A DNA stretch of 64,000 nucleotides, taken from assembly GCF_031769215.1 (NCBI RefSeq), contig NW_026782370.1, forward strand, positions 868,001 to 932,000. The letters run 5' to 3'. The notes under the pieces are model-generated. The model saw only the letters and a list, made by a program, of their open reading frames with translations, was not told where the DNA came from and searched no databases. Position 1 is the stretch's first letter, and each line of letters opens with the position of its first letter. Below, one piece after another: positions 24,418 to 37,339 of the stretch. The position numbers and the translations under genes were made by a program. Source of the DNA: Ylistrum balloti. Lineage: Eukaryota.

Positions 24418-24825
24418 CTGAAAAAACAGAATACTTGTGTTTGTCAAAAGAATATGTATATATCAAAGTAGACTGCAGAACAATGTATAGGCTGATTGCT
24501 CTACAAAACTTTCACAGTAAAACCCTATCCTAACTGACACCAAGATGGTCTCAACTGTTTCATTAGCCATGACAATTACGAAGTCTTTGATATCGTAAAA
24601 TAAACAGATGTTTACTGACGTATCTTATTCACATCAATTTGAATTTCTACAAATCAGTTTGAAGACAAATATTTATGATAACTAAAATATCGACAGGTTA
24701 AATGTACCTACAAAAAGAAGCAAATTTTCTGACAAAAATGTTTTGGATGAATAGAAAACTCCAAACAACAGTACTCTCAGCAGACTACTATTACAAACAT
24801 ATAGAAAGTTGATGGGCTTTCTCAC

Positions 24826-24896
24826 CTGTACTTTGGCTACATCTTCAAAGGACTTCATGAAATAATCCTCATCCACACTGCCTGCTCCTGATGATC
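24826..24896 (-). CDS. CLASP: CLASP exon (SSGAGSVDEDYFMKSFEDVAKVQ), 71 nt, phase 1-0
   Basis: ttttcctgtttaag|GA...CAG|gtgaga; homologous to GAGAVDEEDFIKAFDDVPVVQ. Confidence 0.97.
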
Positions 24897-25487
24897 CTTA
24901 AACAGGAAAAGTCAAACCGGTAAAGAAAGTCACATTACATTGACATACACAGCAAACTGTGATCTTTTAAACTCCATCTGTAGTGATAAGAGGTTTCTAC
25001 TGAAAATTAGAAATATTTCTATCAATTATCTTGTCAATATTTCTTTATAAAATCTTTTTTATTTAAACTTGAATTGTATAATGATCATCAGCAAATACAA
25101 AATTTTTAATGGGCTGTGAATATAAAAGTTGAGAAGAAACTTATTTTTAAAAATTGGTTATAACTGGTATGTAATAGTTAATGCTTAAAATCTGTTAAAA
25201 ATATTTAACTAATAATGCTAATACATCAATAATTTGAAATCAATTTTAATTTGTGTAGTATAGATTTGTTATATTTTCTATAATTTGAGTATTTTAGATT
25301 ACAATGTGATATTGGAAGGTTGAGAAACAAGAATAGACTACATTCTGACAATGTCCACAGAGATTCTAATAAATTATATACATACACAATTTTTAAAAAT
25401 GTACTAACAGGCATTCCTGAACTGACGAAAAAGTCAGAAACATCAAACAAAATACAACTGACGTACAAAAAAACAAAGTAGAATTGT

Positions 25488-26090
25488 CAACATGAGGATT
25501 ACTAATACCCCTCCCAGATGCAAAGACTTCTATATATACCAAATTTGATCAGGACTCTATGAAAAAAGTAAAAAACAGATGAAAATCAATCAGAGGCCAG
25601 GATTTGGTTGCCGTAGTAACTGAAACACCTAATATGTACTACTACAGGTTTTAATTAGTTATGCCATTTGACCATAGTCAATCTTTGTTGAATTACAACA
25701 AGTAATGACCATTGGTAGTATTTTAGTTGCCAGTTATTAGGGCAACCAAAATTCTGGGAAAAATAAAGGAAAACGCCATTAATTCATTAATCCATGTTAA
25801 ACAGTACTGTTCAACAAAGATGGAACCAAATTTCAAGTCAATTGGATACTCGGAAAACAGCTGTTTCTCAAAATGTATGGCTGGACAAAATTGTTAATTT
25901 TAATGTAAAAGGGGGATAACTCTCTGAAAACAGAAGAGAAAAAAAGCAAAGTCACTTTAAGGGGCACATCTCCATATTGTACTGGCACTTTGTAAACTTA
26001 GCAAATGCATTGACGGACAATGTTCATCTACATTAGATGGGCAAGGCGATTCTAGTATACACCCCAATTTAATCGCGGGAGTATATAAAC
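25488..26090 (+). mobile_element. Probable non-autonomous Helitron/HINE-like bivalve repeat (degenerate)
   Basis: 5' aacatgaggattactaatacccc, internal aaatttcaagtcaattggat and aaagggggataactc motifs, 3' ggcgattctagtatacacccc...gggagtata hairpin; recalled as typical of mollusc HINE elements, not verified by search. Confidence 0.5.
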
Positions 26091-27487
26091 TTCATTAAAA
26101 ATGAATTACACACAAAACTTTGGTTACCAGTACTTACCAAACCAATAACGAAGTGCTCTATGGACGGGCACAAATTGATGCGACATCATTAATGATTTTT
26201 TTATCCGAACAACAAAAATCCACACATACAACTGTTAGTGGTCAATGACACACTACTGACCACAAAACTCACCATTAGTGACCAGTGATACATAACATCC
26301 GTTAATCATTACAATACACCATACTTAGTATAAGTTATACATCTTTGAGAATTGCTTCAGGTAAAAAAGGTCCGCCTAAAACTAGTAAGTATTAATACTT
26401 GTCAGAAATCCACAACGTTATAAATACAACCACACAAAGTTACAATCCTGGGGACATTTTACACACAAAATGACAATATTAATCACTGAATTCAAGCTAC
26501 TGCTTTTAAAAACAGTGAAAGAAAGAAAGAAATTTTCAGGTATAATGTTTTTTTAAAAATGAAGTTAACCAGAAGGATAAACCCCTCAGGGTTGAATATA
26601 GACTCTTCCATAAAGAAAGTTAAATAGAAGACATCTACAGCTGATAGGGATGTGAGGTGGCTTACTGAAAGACATGACCCCTCGGGGTACTAATTAGATT
26701 TCACCACATCAAAGGCAGGACATATACCATTGCACATGTAAGGGAAGGGCAGGTGATGATGTGAGAGAACAATGATGCTGTGTGTTGTGACTACAGAGGT
26801 ATAGTGTACAGGTATTGGTGAGTAAGTTCTGAGTGAGGGTATCGGCTGTTTGGAGGTGATACATCTCCAGTAATCACTAAAATCTACATCACTACCAATC
26901 ATTGTACATTTGGGGTACATAGGGTAACAGTAACTCCAGTGTTTACACTAAACGGTAAAACTTTCCAAACGAGAAAGAAAAAAGAAAAAATGAACAATAA
27001 CATTTGGTTGTTATAAAACAAATACAAACGCAGTATTTCATGTCATTAGGCATTACACACATTTATACCTGGATCTCCTTATATTTCATAATTTTTCTAA
27101 TTTTCTTCCAAAAATGTATAGTTAAAATCCTGGCTGGAAACACTAGAGCAGTTAGACTTTTTTTTAAAGATTGTTTTCAATTTTTTTTTATATTAAACAT
27201 ACTCTGACTCCAAAAACTCTGCAATCTTCCTAGATCTCTAATAAGTGGTCTGTTTTGAGAGTGTTGGCCAGGATGTGATGAAATATTTTTTTTAAATAAG
27301 ACTACTTTTTCAAGAATAATTTAGTGATACCTGGAATATGTATATCTATTTATAACCCACATGCAATATTATCACAAATCAAAGGGAGAGAATTGATTCA
27401 AAGACTTCAAATTAAACGTACAACAAAACCTTCTATAAATCTTACCAGACAAAAGACACAAGAAGGGGAAGTAAAGCAGTTTGTTAC

Positions 27488-27526
27488 CTGTGCTAGATAT
27501 GGATCGACGACGTCTCAGGGTGACGG
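27488..27526 (-). CDS. CLASP: CLASP small exon (VTLRRRRSISST), 39 nt, phase 1-1, probably cassette
   Basis: cctcctctcgtctttctcttactaacttggacag|CC...CAG|gtaaca; CTAAC branch point; frame-preserving. Confidence 0.82.
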
Positions 27527-28585
27527 CTGTCCAAGTTAGTAAGAGAAAGACGAGAGGAGGTTAATGTAAGGGTCAAGGACTAATTGTGACCTTTACCCCA
27601 CATCCCGTAACCCCAAAAATGGGTTAACCATGGAAACTAGAGGATTTTACACAGAAATGATACCACAAATTACTGGAAACATTTGATTGAACTTTTCTGG
27701 ACTCCAATATTAAAAGGAAAAGAAATCAAATATGATAATTGATGATGCTACAATGTAATTTACTACAAAAAATGGAACAATTAATGAATTTAGTAATTAA
27801 GTATAAAAAGTGCATTGATTTAAAGTTATAGTAGTGTACTTTTGCAATGAGGTGAAAATGTTTTCACATCGGTTAATCATGATAACATTAAGTGAAAATA
27901 GTGAAATATGTTAATAAGTTTGCACCACCTGTGTAAAGTGACAGGTATATTTATTGAGGATAAGAACGACTGGTACCTAAATCTGTTTATTCAGGATTTA
28001 TAAATTATTCATTTGAAGAAGATTTCACAAGTAAATTAACTTCAGCACGACTTTTCAGTGCTGAATTTATGTATTTAAGCCTTGGAAACCTTTGTATCAA
28101 CCAACATTGTTCAAATTTAACAGAAACTTCCCCATGATGGACAGGGCAATAACAAGGCTGGACTATAAGTCTCTCAAAATAATGACACCCAAACTGTAAT
28201 TATTTGACAACTTCAAAATAATTGTCCACGACATGGAATTCTAGAAAGACAGTTCAGCTAAATATTATAGAAATTGCTAATTTACACAAGAGAATTAGTC
28301 TAATTGATAAAATTATCAAATTTGTCCCTGATTTTTGAAGGGAGGTAACTATTACAAATACTCGATCAGAATATTTTTCCTCCAAAAGATTTCTTTTCTG
28401 ATTTGCACCAAAAATGTCTTACGGCTAAAATTACAGTATACCTGAAGTGAGGCAAAATTTCTGATGTTTGATAATCTGCTGTTTTATAAATCATGTGACA
28501 CCTGAATCATGAATTGTTTTAACAAAATGTATATGTCAAGCAATGTTGATAGAGTACAATCCCTCCCCGGAGGTTTAGTAGATAC

Positions 28586-28714
28586 CTGAGGCACTGGGTG
28601 TCTTTCTCCCTGAGGCAAGGCCACTGCTGCTCGTCTTCTTGGCCTGTGGGACTTTAGTGGATAGAGGCCGAGCAAATTCATTATCATCACAATCAGATGG
28701 CCCTCGGCTTGGAG
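28586..28714 (-). CDS. CLASP: CLASP linker exon B (PSRGPSDCDDNEFARPLSTKVPQAKKTSSSGLASGRKTPSAS), 129 nt, phase 1-1
   Basis: ttttttgatttctgaag|CT...CAG|gtatct; open frame; corresponds to the FDDEDSVDGNRPSS linker. Confidence 0.85.
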
Positions 28715-29145
28715 CTTCAGAAATCAAAAAATTTGTGAAAGTTAGCAAACATGAGTCAATGATGCAATAACATTTTGAAATTTGTTCTTATTTGAATTGT
28801 GATTTAAGTCTGAAACAGAACCTAAACCTTATTGTGATATCGTATTTGTAATCAGGTGAATGAAGTTCAGTGTTATATCACTAATTATCAAGCCAATCAA
28901 GTTATTTGCAATATCAATAATGAAGACCTGTGTGTTTATTGTGATATTATTTTCTGTAGTATATCTCATCTTAAATTGATTCCAAATACTCAATATCACA
29001 AACAATAGACAGTAACAAATTATGATTTCCTTAGTGAGATTTCATGAGAAAAGCAAATGTTTGATTTTAGTCCTTATTTTTTCCTTACGCTGAGATAAAA
29101 GCACTCGATACATCAATGTTTACTACAATAGTTATCTCCCCTTAC

Positions 29146-29250
29146 CTCTGGGTACGGAGGACGAACTAGTACTGCGCTTGGTCTGGCCACTACGGTAGGA
29201 GGACGGTCGGCCAAAGTCGAGCTCATCATCAGTGCCTCCCCGACTTGGTG
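29146..29250 (-). CDS. CLASP: CLASP linker exon A (PSRGGTDDELDFGRPSSYRSGQTKRSTSSSSVPR), 105 nt, phase 1-1
   Basis: ggttttgtctttgcag|CA...GAG|gtaagg; strong splice sites; paralogous to exon B. Confidence 0.87.
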
Positions 29251-29883
29251 CTGCAAAGACAAAACCAGGGTTATTCAGTTTTCATCTTAGTGTTACCAAA
29301 ACTTAGAGCAACAACAAATGAGTGCCGTCTGTTCAGCTCTAATTAGAAACAGACTTTGCAGGGCCATCAATAGTGAGGCGGCACAGACGGCAAACATTCT
29401 TCACAACTGCAAGGTGAAGGTACTTGTGTATATCACAATGTACACAGGAATACTTCTCATTATATAAACATTTCAAAGCATAATGTCATATAAATGTCGG
29501 AGATCCCAGTAACACATTTTTATCTAGGACATCTTGTTATCTCGTGTTTAACCCTTCCATTTAAACCAGATTTTTTCAATTACACATTTGACAAAACATA
29601 TAAATATACAGCTGAAAAACACACAAACTCCCCAAGACTGCAGTGTAGCCAAGGACTCCAGTTTCAGTAATTCTAAGCATGCTGTGACTAATTATATAAA
29701 ATTAATCACCTGGTTGGTTTACACATTTACAAATGATTAATATGCCACATTACAAAGTTGCCTCAAAATTCTGCCTCTCTGTAGGAATGGGAGGGAGGGG
29801 AGAAGAGGAAATAGCTCACACCTGTGTTTCATCAAATAGGTTTCCTTTCCCCTTCCCTGCCTTTATATACACATCAGAACAAA

Positions 29884-31388
29884 AACATTACTGTTGGAGT
29901 CCCAGATAATGATAACATAACTGTTGGAGTCCCAGATAATGATAACATTGCTGTTGGAGTCCCAGATAATGATAACATTGCTGTTGGAGTCCCAGATAAT
30001 GATAACATAACTGTTGGAGTCCCAGATAATGATAACATTGCTGTTGGAGACCTAGATAATGAGAACATTACTGTTGGGAGTCCCAGATAATGATAACATA
30101 TCTGTTGGAGTCCGAGATAATGATAACATTGCTGTTGGAGTCCCAGATAATGATAACATAACTGTTGGAGTCCCAGATAATGATAACATTGCTGTTGGGA
30201 GTCCCAGATAATGATAACATTGCTGTTGGGAGTCCCAGATAATGATAACATTGCTATTGGAGTCCCAGATAATGATAACATTGCTGTTGGAGTCCCAGAT
30301 AATGATAACATTGCTGTTGGAGTCCCAGATAATGATAACATAACTGTTGGAGTCCCAGATAATGATAACATAACTGTTGGAGTCCCAGATAATGATAACA
30401 TTACTGTTGGAGTCCCAGATAATGATAACATTGCTGTTGGAGTCCCAGATAATGATAACATAACTGTTGGAGTCCCAGATAATGATAACATTACTGTTGG
30501 AGTCCCAGATAATGATAACATTGCTGTTGGAGTCCCAGATAATGATAACATAACTGTTGGAGTCCCAGATAATGATAACATTACTGTTGGAGTCCCAGAT
30601 AATGATAACATAACTGTTGGAGTCCCAGATAATGATAACATTGCTGTTGGAGTCCCAGATAATGATAACATTGCTGTTGGAGTCCCAGATAATGATAACA
30701 TTGCTGTTGGAGTCCCAGATAATGATAACATTACTGTTGGGAGTCCCAGATAATGATAACATAACTGTTGGAGTCCCAGATAATGATAACATAACTGTTG
30801 GAGTCCCAGATAATGATAACATTGCTGTTGGAGTCCCAGATAATGATAACATTACTGTTGGAGTCCCAGATAATGATAACATTGCTGTTGGGAGTCCCAG
30901 ATAATGATAACATAACTGTTGGAGTCCCAGATAATGATAACATTACTGTTGGAGTCCCAGATAATGATAACATTACTGTTGGAGTCCCAGATAATGATAA
31001 CATTGCTGTTGGAGTTCCAGATAATGATAACATTGCTGTTGGAGTCCCAGATAATGATAACATTGCTGTTGGAGTCCCAGATAATGATAACATTACTGTT
31101 GGAGTCCCAGATAATGATAACATAACTGTTGGAGTCCCAGATAATGATAACATTACTGTTGGAGTCCCAGATAATGATAACATTACTGTTGGAGTCCCAG
31201 ATAATGATAACATAACTGTTGGAGTCCTAGATAATGATAACATTACTGTTGGAGTCCCAGATAATGATAACATTGCTGTTGGAGTCCCAGATAATGATAA
31301 CATTGCTGTTGCAGTCCCAGATAATGATAACATTGCTGTTGCAGTCCCAGATAATGATAACATTGCTGTTAGAGTCCCAAATAATGAT
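29884..31388. repeat. 27-bp minisatellite, about 55 copies
   Basis: gttggagtcccagataatgataacat(t/a)(a/g)ct in tandem; source of the long spurious ORFs. Confidence 0.98.
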
Positions 31389-31719
31389 CAGACAATTTGT
31401 CTTTTGAGGTTTTCACGGTACAAAAAAATATACTTTTTTTGCACACACTCAAAATCTAGTTCATTCACTATTTTCACCAGATTAATGCAACAATAAATTG
31501 ACACAAAAATAAGGCTGTATTTGACCTAATGAGCCAACCTCTCCTAATAAGCATACCCCCTTCCTTTTCTTCCAAGGAAAGAGGATGGGAATGTTGCAAC
31601 TTGTATAAGGTGAATGTTACTAACTTCACTGATCAACATATACTACATTTTTTCTTGTTGCTTCTACAATCAATGTAAAACCCCATCCATTTAATAATTT
31701 ACAAATAAACTCTCTTACG

Positions 31720-32136
31720 TTTTTGTAAGGTACATTGTATTTTTTAGGTAGAGTAAGGTATTTGCTATGATGTTTTTGTAAGGTACATTGTATTTTTTAG
31801 GTAGAGTATGGTATTTGCTATGATGTTTTTGTAAGGTACATTGTATTTTTTAGGTAGAGTAAGGTATTTACTATGATGTTTTTGTAAGGTACATTGTATT
31901 TTTTAGGTAGAGTATGGTATTTGCTATGATGTTTTTGTAAGGTACATTGTATTTTTTAGGTAGAGTATGGTATTTGCTATGATGTTTTTGTAAGGTACAT
32001 TGTACTTTTTAGGTAGAGTAAGGTATTTGCTATGATGTTTTTGTAAGGTACATTGTATTTTTTAGGTAGAGTAAGTTATTTGCTATGATGTTTTTGTAAG
32101 GTACATTGTATTTTTTAGGTAGAGTAAGGTATTTGT
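31720..32136. repeat. 53-bp minisatellite, about 8 copies
   Basis: ttttgtaaggtacattgtattttttaggtagagtaaggtatttgctatgatgt in tandem. Confidence 0.96.
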
Positions 32137-33077
32137 TTCATTTAGAGCTATAATCTTAAGTAATGCACTTTGAGTAAAACCTCAAGTTGTCGTTAATGAC
32201 TTAAACAAAACCTTCATCTCCAAGTCCTTGGCCATTACTGTAAGTTTGATATAAATATTGCACATTAATTACCACTATTTTGACTAATGAATGTGCAATC
32301 TAAGAACATATTTAGACAACACATTTACCAAATGGAATGTACATCAGTGTAAATTAGGTAGAAACTGCAACATGTATACATTCTGTATAGTATAGCAGTG
32401 CAGCTGTATGTTAATGGCTGTTTTAAGTATAATCCACAGTCGACCTGGCCTGCTCTCATTACCTACCTGGAGGTATGCAAGTATTTATGTAAATTAATAA
32501 ACCAGACAAACATCTCTAGACCTACCCTTGGCTGGTATTCTCTTACCAAAATGGTAAATTTTAATTAAATCATAAGTTTTGAGTGTATCTTTGAGAGATG
32601 AATGTAGGAATTGGACAGGGTAGCTATGTGTGGGGAGGCCTTCACATTGTAACCTTATCTTTACTCATCACTGGTATCAGTTAGATCTAGGAAAGTAAAA
32701 AGTCCAACAAACGCATCTATGATAGTATATGTTGTAGATTCTTATCAGCATGGGAAACCTTAAAAACTGCCCTAAACACGGAGCTAGAGTAGGTTACACA
32801 TGAGGTAGCTATAGTATTTCAGTATGAACCAATTATGTCAATCGTTCAGGTGAATTGTGAAAGGAAATATTATGTAATAAGGCTAGAGAAGAATAAAAAA
32901 AAAATGTTATAATTTGTGCAAGTCATGTACAGAAGTGGGTAGTGACAGTAATATATCTGCCATTTATCAAGGCTATCTGTCCTCGACAATATTGGCAGCA
33001 AATATATAATTTCAACCTAAAGGACATATAACCCTTACGTAGCAAGGTACCAACTAAACTAAAAGGCTGCATGCAAT

Positions 33078-33250
33078 AAATCCATACACCACTCAAATGT
33101 CCTGTAATAAGCCCACCTATCTATATTACTGCTCTGTAGAATTATCATCCTACACCACTCCAATGTCCTGTAGTAAGCCCACCTATCTATATCACTGTTC
33201 TGTAGAATTATCATCCTACACCACTACAATGTCCTGTAATAAGCCCACCA
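33078..33250. repeat. About 66-bp tandem repeat x2.5 carrying CCTGTAATAAGCCCACC
   Basis: tacaccactc(a/c)aatgtcctgta(a/g)taagcccacc repeated three times. Confidence 0.85.
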
Positions 33251-34177
33251 TCTGACTAGGTTGTTAGTCTCAGGGGCTTACTCCAGAATAAATATGTTAA
33301 CAGATATATTCTTGTGGAAAGTTATATAACAATTCATTATCAATTTGTGCATTAAGTAGATGTGGGTACCTATTACATAGATTGGTTAATTTTACACTAC
33401 CTTAGAATAAACATCAATTTTATAGCAAAACCTAATGTACACAGGCAAGCCAAAATCGACAACATTGCAGAACCTGGATCTCAGCCCAAAGCACCAAACC
33501 AGCAAAAAGTCTGGAATACCAAATTGTTTGACACCCTCTACAAAACATGTCATCACAATCGCGATTAATCAAATTTGTGAAAGTGGATTTGATTTTTTTT
33601 CTTTCTTTTTCCGAAATTTATGAAATGCATTGACAGCTACGCTGATGATGAATAGTACGTTCTAAAAAGCTTTCACATTAATGTTGAGCTGATAATGTAC
33701 AATCTGATCCACTTTACAAAATTCTGAAAGTTTTAGTTACAATGAAATAAGCAAGCTCTTCCATCTGTATGATGTGACAACACATTCATGGGACTTATCA
33801 GATCTTTGACAATAACAAGTTTTACATACCAAACTGGCTGTTTGTTTGTACATCAGGATTTCACGTTGAGTTATTTCAATGCGATGCAAAGTTTGGACTA
33901 AAATGTTGCCAGCCCTTTGAAACTAGTCAAGTTTTTGCCCATTATGACAAATTTATTACCCAATTTGAAGTTATATGCACTACAAAACAGTTTAGTAGGG
34001 TGTTTACCTGTTATCTGACAATGGAAATATTTAACACCAGAGTGGGGCTGTGGACAATGCTAACATTTATGAGTCCAGAGAATAACTGAATTATTATAAA
34101 AATAGGAATTATCAGGCATAGGGAACACTGGAGTCACTAGTGGTGACATGAGCTACAGAACTTTCAAGGGACTCGTC

Positions 34178-34283
34178 CTATGTACTGTTAACATTTCTAA
34201 CCATTAGTCCCTATGTACTGTTAACATTTCTAACCATCAGTCCCTATGTACTGTTAACATTCCTAACCATCAGTCCCTATGCC
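34178..34283. repeat. 33-bp tandem repeat x3
   Basis: ccctatgtactgttaacatttctaaccatcagt. Confidence 0.9.
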
Positions 34284-35181
34284 TGAAAATGATTGCATCA
34301 CTAGACACTACATCCCAGTAGGATACCAGCTACTGATACAACAGAGAATGTGTGTATTGTATTGTGTCTAATACTGTTTACACTGATCCTTCCCCTGACC
34401 CTATTTCTGTAGTAGCTACCCTCCTCCTCCTCTTCCTCCCCCTCCTCCTTCTTATCCTCATCCCTCCAACAGTCACACAGTCATAATCTCTTTTCTTGTG
34501 ACTAAGACCAAGGATGATTGAATGGTTACTAACAAAATGGAGAAGAAATCACCACAGGATATGATGACTTATGATGTTCTGAAGAGGATAGGAAGCAGAT
34601 GGGGAGAGGACCCTGAGAATGTGATTTTTATGCTATACTGGTGCAGATATGAGCCAATAATTTGTAAACATTCTCCACAGCTATCTACACATATATCTAT
34701 ATTTAGAACTGAGAAATAATTAATCTACATTTGAGTCCACATGTTGCATAACTTGTTCAGAAAACTATCTCCCAAATAAAAATGTCTTTATCTTTACAAT
34801 ATTAGCTAACTGTAAGACAAATTTGTTACAACATTGTAAGAGATATTTAAGACATTTTACAAGATCATTTAAATGTAAGACATATTTGAAAAAAAATAAT
34901 CAGAGAAAATAAGATTTACAAAATGTTTGGCTTTAAGATACATTGAATGTTCTGAAATATTAAGACATGTTACAAGATGATCTGACTGTGTAATACATTT
35001 AAACATAATTATCATACAGATTAAGATAAAATTAGGTAATGAAGTGAATTCACCAGAAAAACCAAGCCAGTATGTACAGCAGACAGTACATACAACAACA
35101 CAGTAGAACAATACAACTTAATGGGACTATCTGTCTCCACTACTTATCACTGATACTGTAAATCAGTACCCATATGTTTAC

Positions 35182-35275
35182 CTTTCTTAGTGGAGCCAAT
35201 GAAAGCCTTGTATTTCTGTATGATCTTTTCCTTGATGGAAACCATTTCTGACTCCGAGTTACCCCAACATATATC
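35182..35275 (-). CDS. Candidate alternative N-terminal CLASP exon (ATG at 35245: MVSIKEKIIQKYKAFIGSTKK), phase-1 donor
   Basis: AAAG|gtaaac donor in the phase needed to join exon A or B; possible weak acceptor at 35275. Confidence 0.5.
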
Positions 35276-35597
35276 CTGGTTACATAATTATTTATAATCT
35301 CCCATCATATACATACACCCTTGTCCAGCAGGATAACATCCTGGTCCACCAGCTGGCTGTAAACTATCTAGTTATCTGTATATTACCAATCATAACAGCC
35401 TGTCCTTCAGCTACAATGAGCTGTTCCAATGAATACTAATAATGATGCTGATATATCCACACTAATTTTGTTAAGAACCAAACATCGTACTAACTCATTG
35501 AACACAAAACAGTTTGTCAGTGCAAGATCCAAGCTTGATGACTCTACAACAGTTTGGAAGCACAAGCTCCAAGTTTGGCAATTTAACAAAAGAATGG

Positions 35598-35740
35598 CTG
35601 TACAAGCCCCTAGCCTGATGATTCCACAAAAGATCAAATGTACAAGCTCCTAGCCTGGTGATTCCACAAAAGATTAAATGTACAAGCTCCAAGCTTTGTG
35701 ATTTCATGAAATGATTTGGTTGTACAAGCTCCAAGCTTGG
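35598..35740. repeat. About 40-bp degenerate tandem repeat
   Basis: tgtacaagctcctagcctggtgattccacaaaagattaaa x3-4. Confidence 0.8.
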
Positions 35741-36963
35741 TGATGTGGAATATGTGAGCTCCTGCCTCAGTGATTCTGTGACTATGAAGTATGATCTCCT
35801 CCTGTGATGATTCCACAAGACTAAATTGGAATCAAGTTTAAATAATTTCTCATCACTTCCTCTTCATGATTCAGAAATTCTATACATCAAACTCTAAACA
35901 CACATCAAATTGGACTTCGTTAGATTTTTGAAGCTATGAAAGACTTCACATAAGATCACAGAAATTTTGAATATGTTTTGTTTGAATTTTGTGTACATTT
36001 ACTTGTAGATTCTTCAAGATTAACACAACAAGACATTACGAAGGACTTGAAACATGTTCATCTTCATCAGGAAAACTCCTTGAGGAAAAAGTTGAGAAAC
36101 TAAACATCAGAGAAACCAGGAATGCTGGGAAGCCACTCCATACACCAATCAGCTGACTCGTACAGAAGGATTATTAGTCAATTATCTCTGCCTAGTCAAT
36201 CGAGACTGCGTCCCATTCTCAAACACCACAGTGACTCAGAAAGCCAAGAAAAAAATTCCTCCTCGAATACCAGCTGTCTAAACCAAAATTATAAAACACA
36301 CCTCTCCTTGAGGTTGTATAAATATCAAAATTAAAAACATAGGTTTTCTTCTGTGAAAGTCGAAATCAAAACACCAGTCTCCTATTGTAAAAGGCTAATT
36401 CAGAAACGTGAGCAGCCTAAGCGAAATGCTTGTTAGGTGCTACTTAGCAAGCTATTAGCAGGAGGTGCCAATGGACTGGAGTGCCAGATGGTCTGGAGCA
36501 TGGTATCCCCATCACACTGTGATCATCACCCTGTGAGGGGTAGCCAGTCGAGGGAGGCAGCCTCCGTACCCACAGCTCCAAGGTAAGTACTACTGCATGT
36601 ACACATGCATGCCAACCAACAGTCGATGAATGGGTGTTGTACACTTCATGTGTGTAGGGTATGAGTGAATTAAGTACCTGTCTCTAATGTTTGACATCTG
36701 CAGGCTTTAACACAGGTTAAAAATCACAAAAATATTTCATCAATACATATTTCATTCTGTGAAATTTCATCAAACCAGGAAGGTTTTTTTCTGATGTTTA
36801 TGTTCCTGATCTTTCAGAAATAACAATAACCCTATGTACCAGTAAGTGATGTGTGCCATAATGTTGTTTTCTATATCAATGTCAATTCAACAAGTTTTAA
36901 GCATCATCAATACATCATGGAAAAATAATAAACAATGTCACTATGACTCTAATAAGTAACATA

Positions 36964-37320
36964 AGGCCAACATTATCTGATCAGGCCAACATTGATCAGG
37001 CCAACATTATCTGATCAGGCCAACATTGATCAGGCCAACATTATCTGATCAGGCCAACATTGATCAGGCCAACATTGATCAGGCCAACATTATCTGATCA
37101 GGCCAACATTGATCAGGCCAACATTATCTGATCAGGCCAACATTGATCAGGCCAACATTATCTGATCAGGCCAACATTGATCAGGCCAACATTATCTGAT
37201 CAGGCCAACATTATCTGATCAGGCCAACATTGATCAGGCCAACATTATCTGATCAGGCCAACATTATCTGATCAGGCCATCTGATCAGGCCAACATTATC
37301 TGATCAGGCCAACATTATCC
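36964..37320. repeat. 15/19-bp two-variant minisatellite
   Basis: gatcaggccaacatt(atct) units alternating irregularly. Confidence 0.95.
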
Positions 37321-37339
37321 AAAACAATAAAATCAAGAC

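Noticed and set aside
29824-31496. Long ORFs (LSLSGTPT / VPDNDNI / ESQIMITLLL repeats, up to 285 aa)
   Set aside because: These are translations of the 27-bp minisatellite, open on both strands and in several frames, with frames shifted by 1-bp indels.
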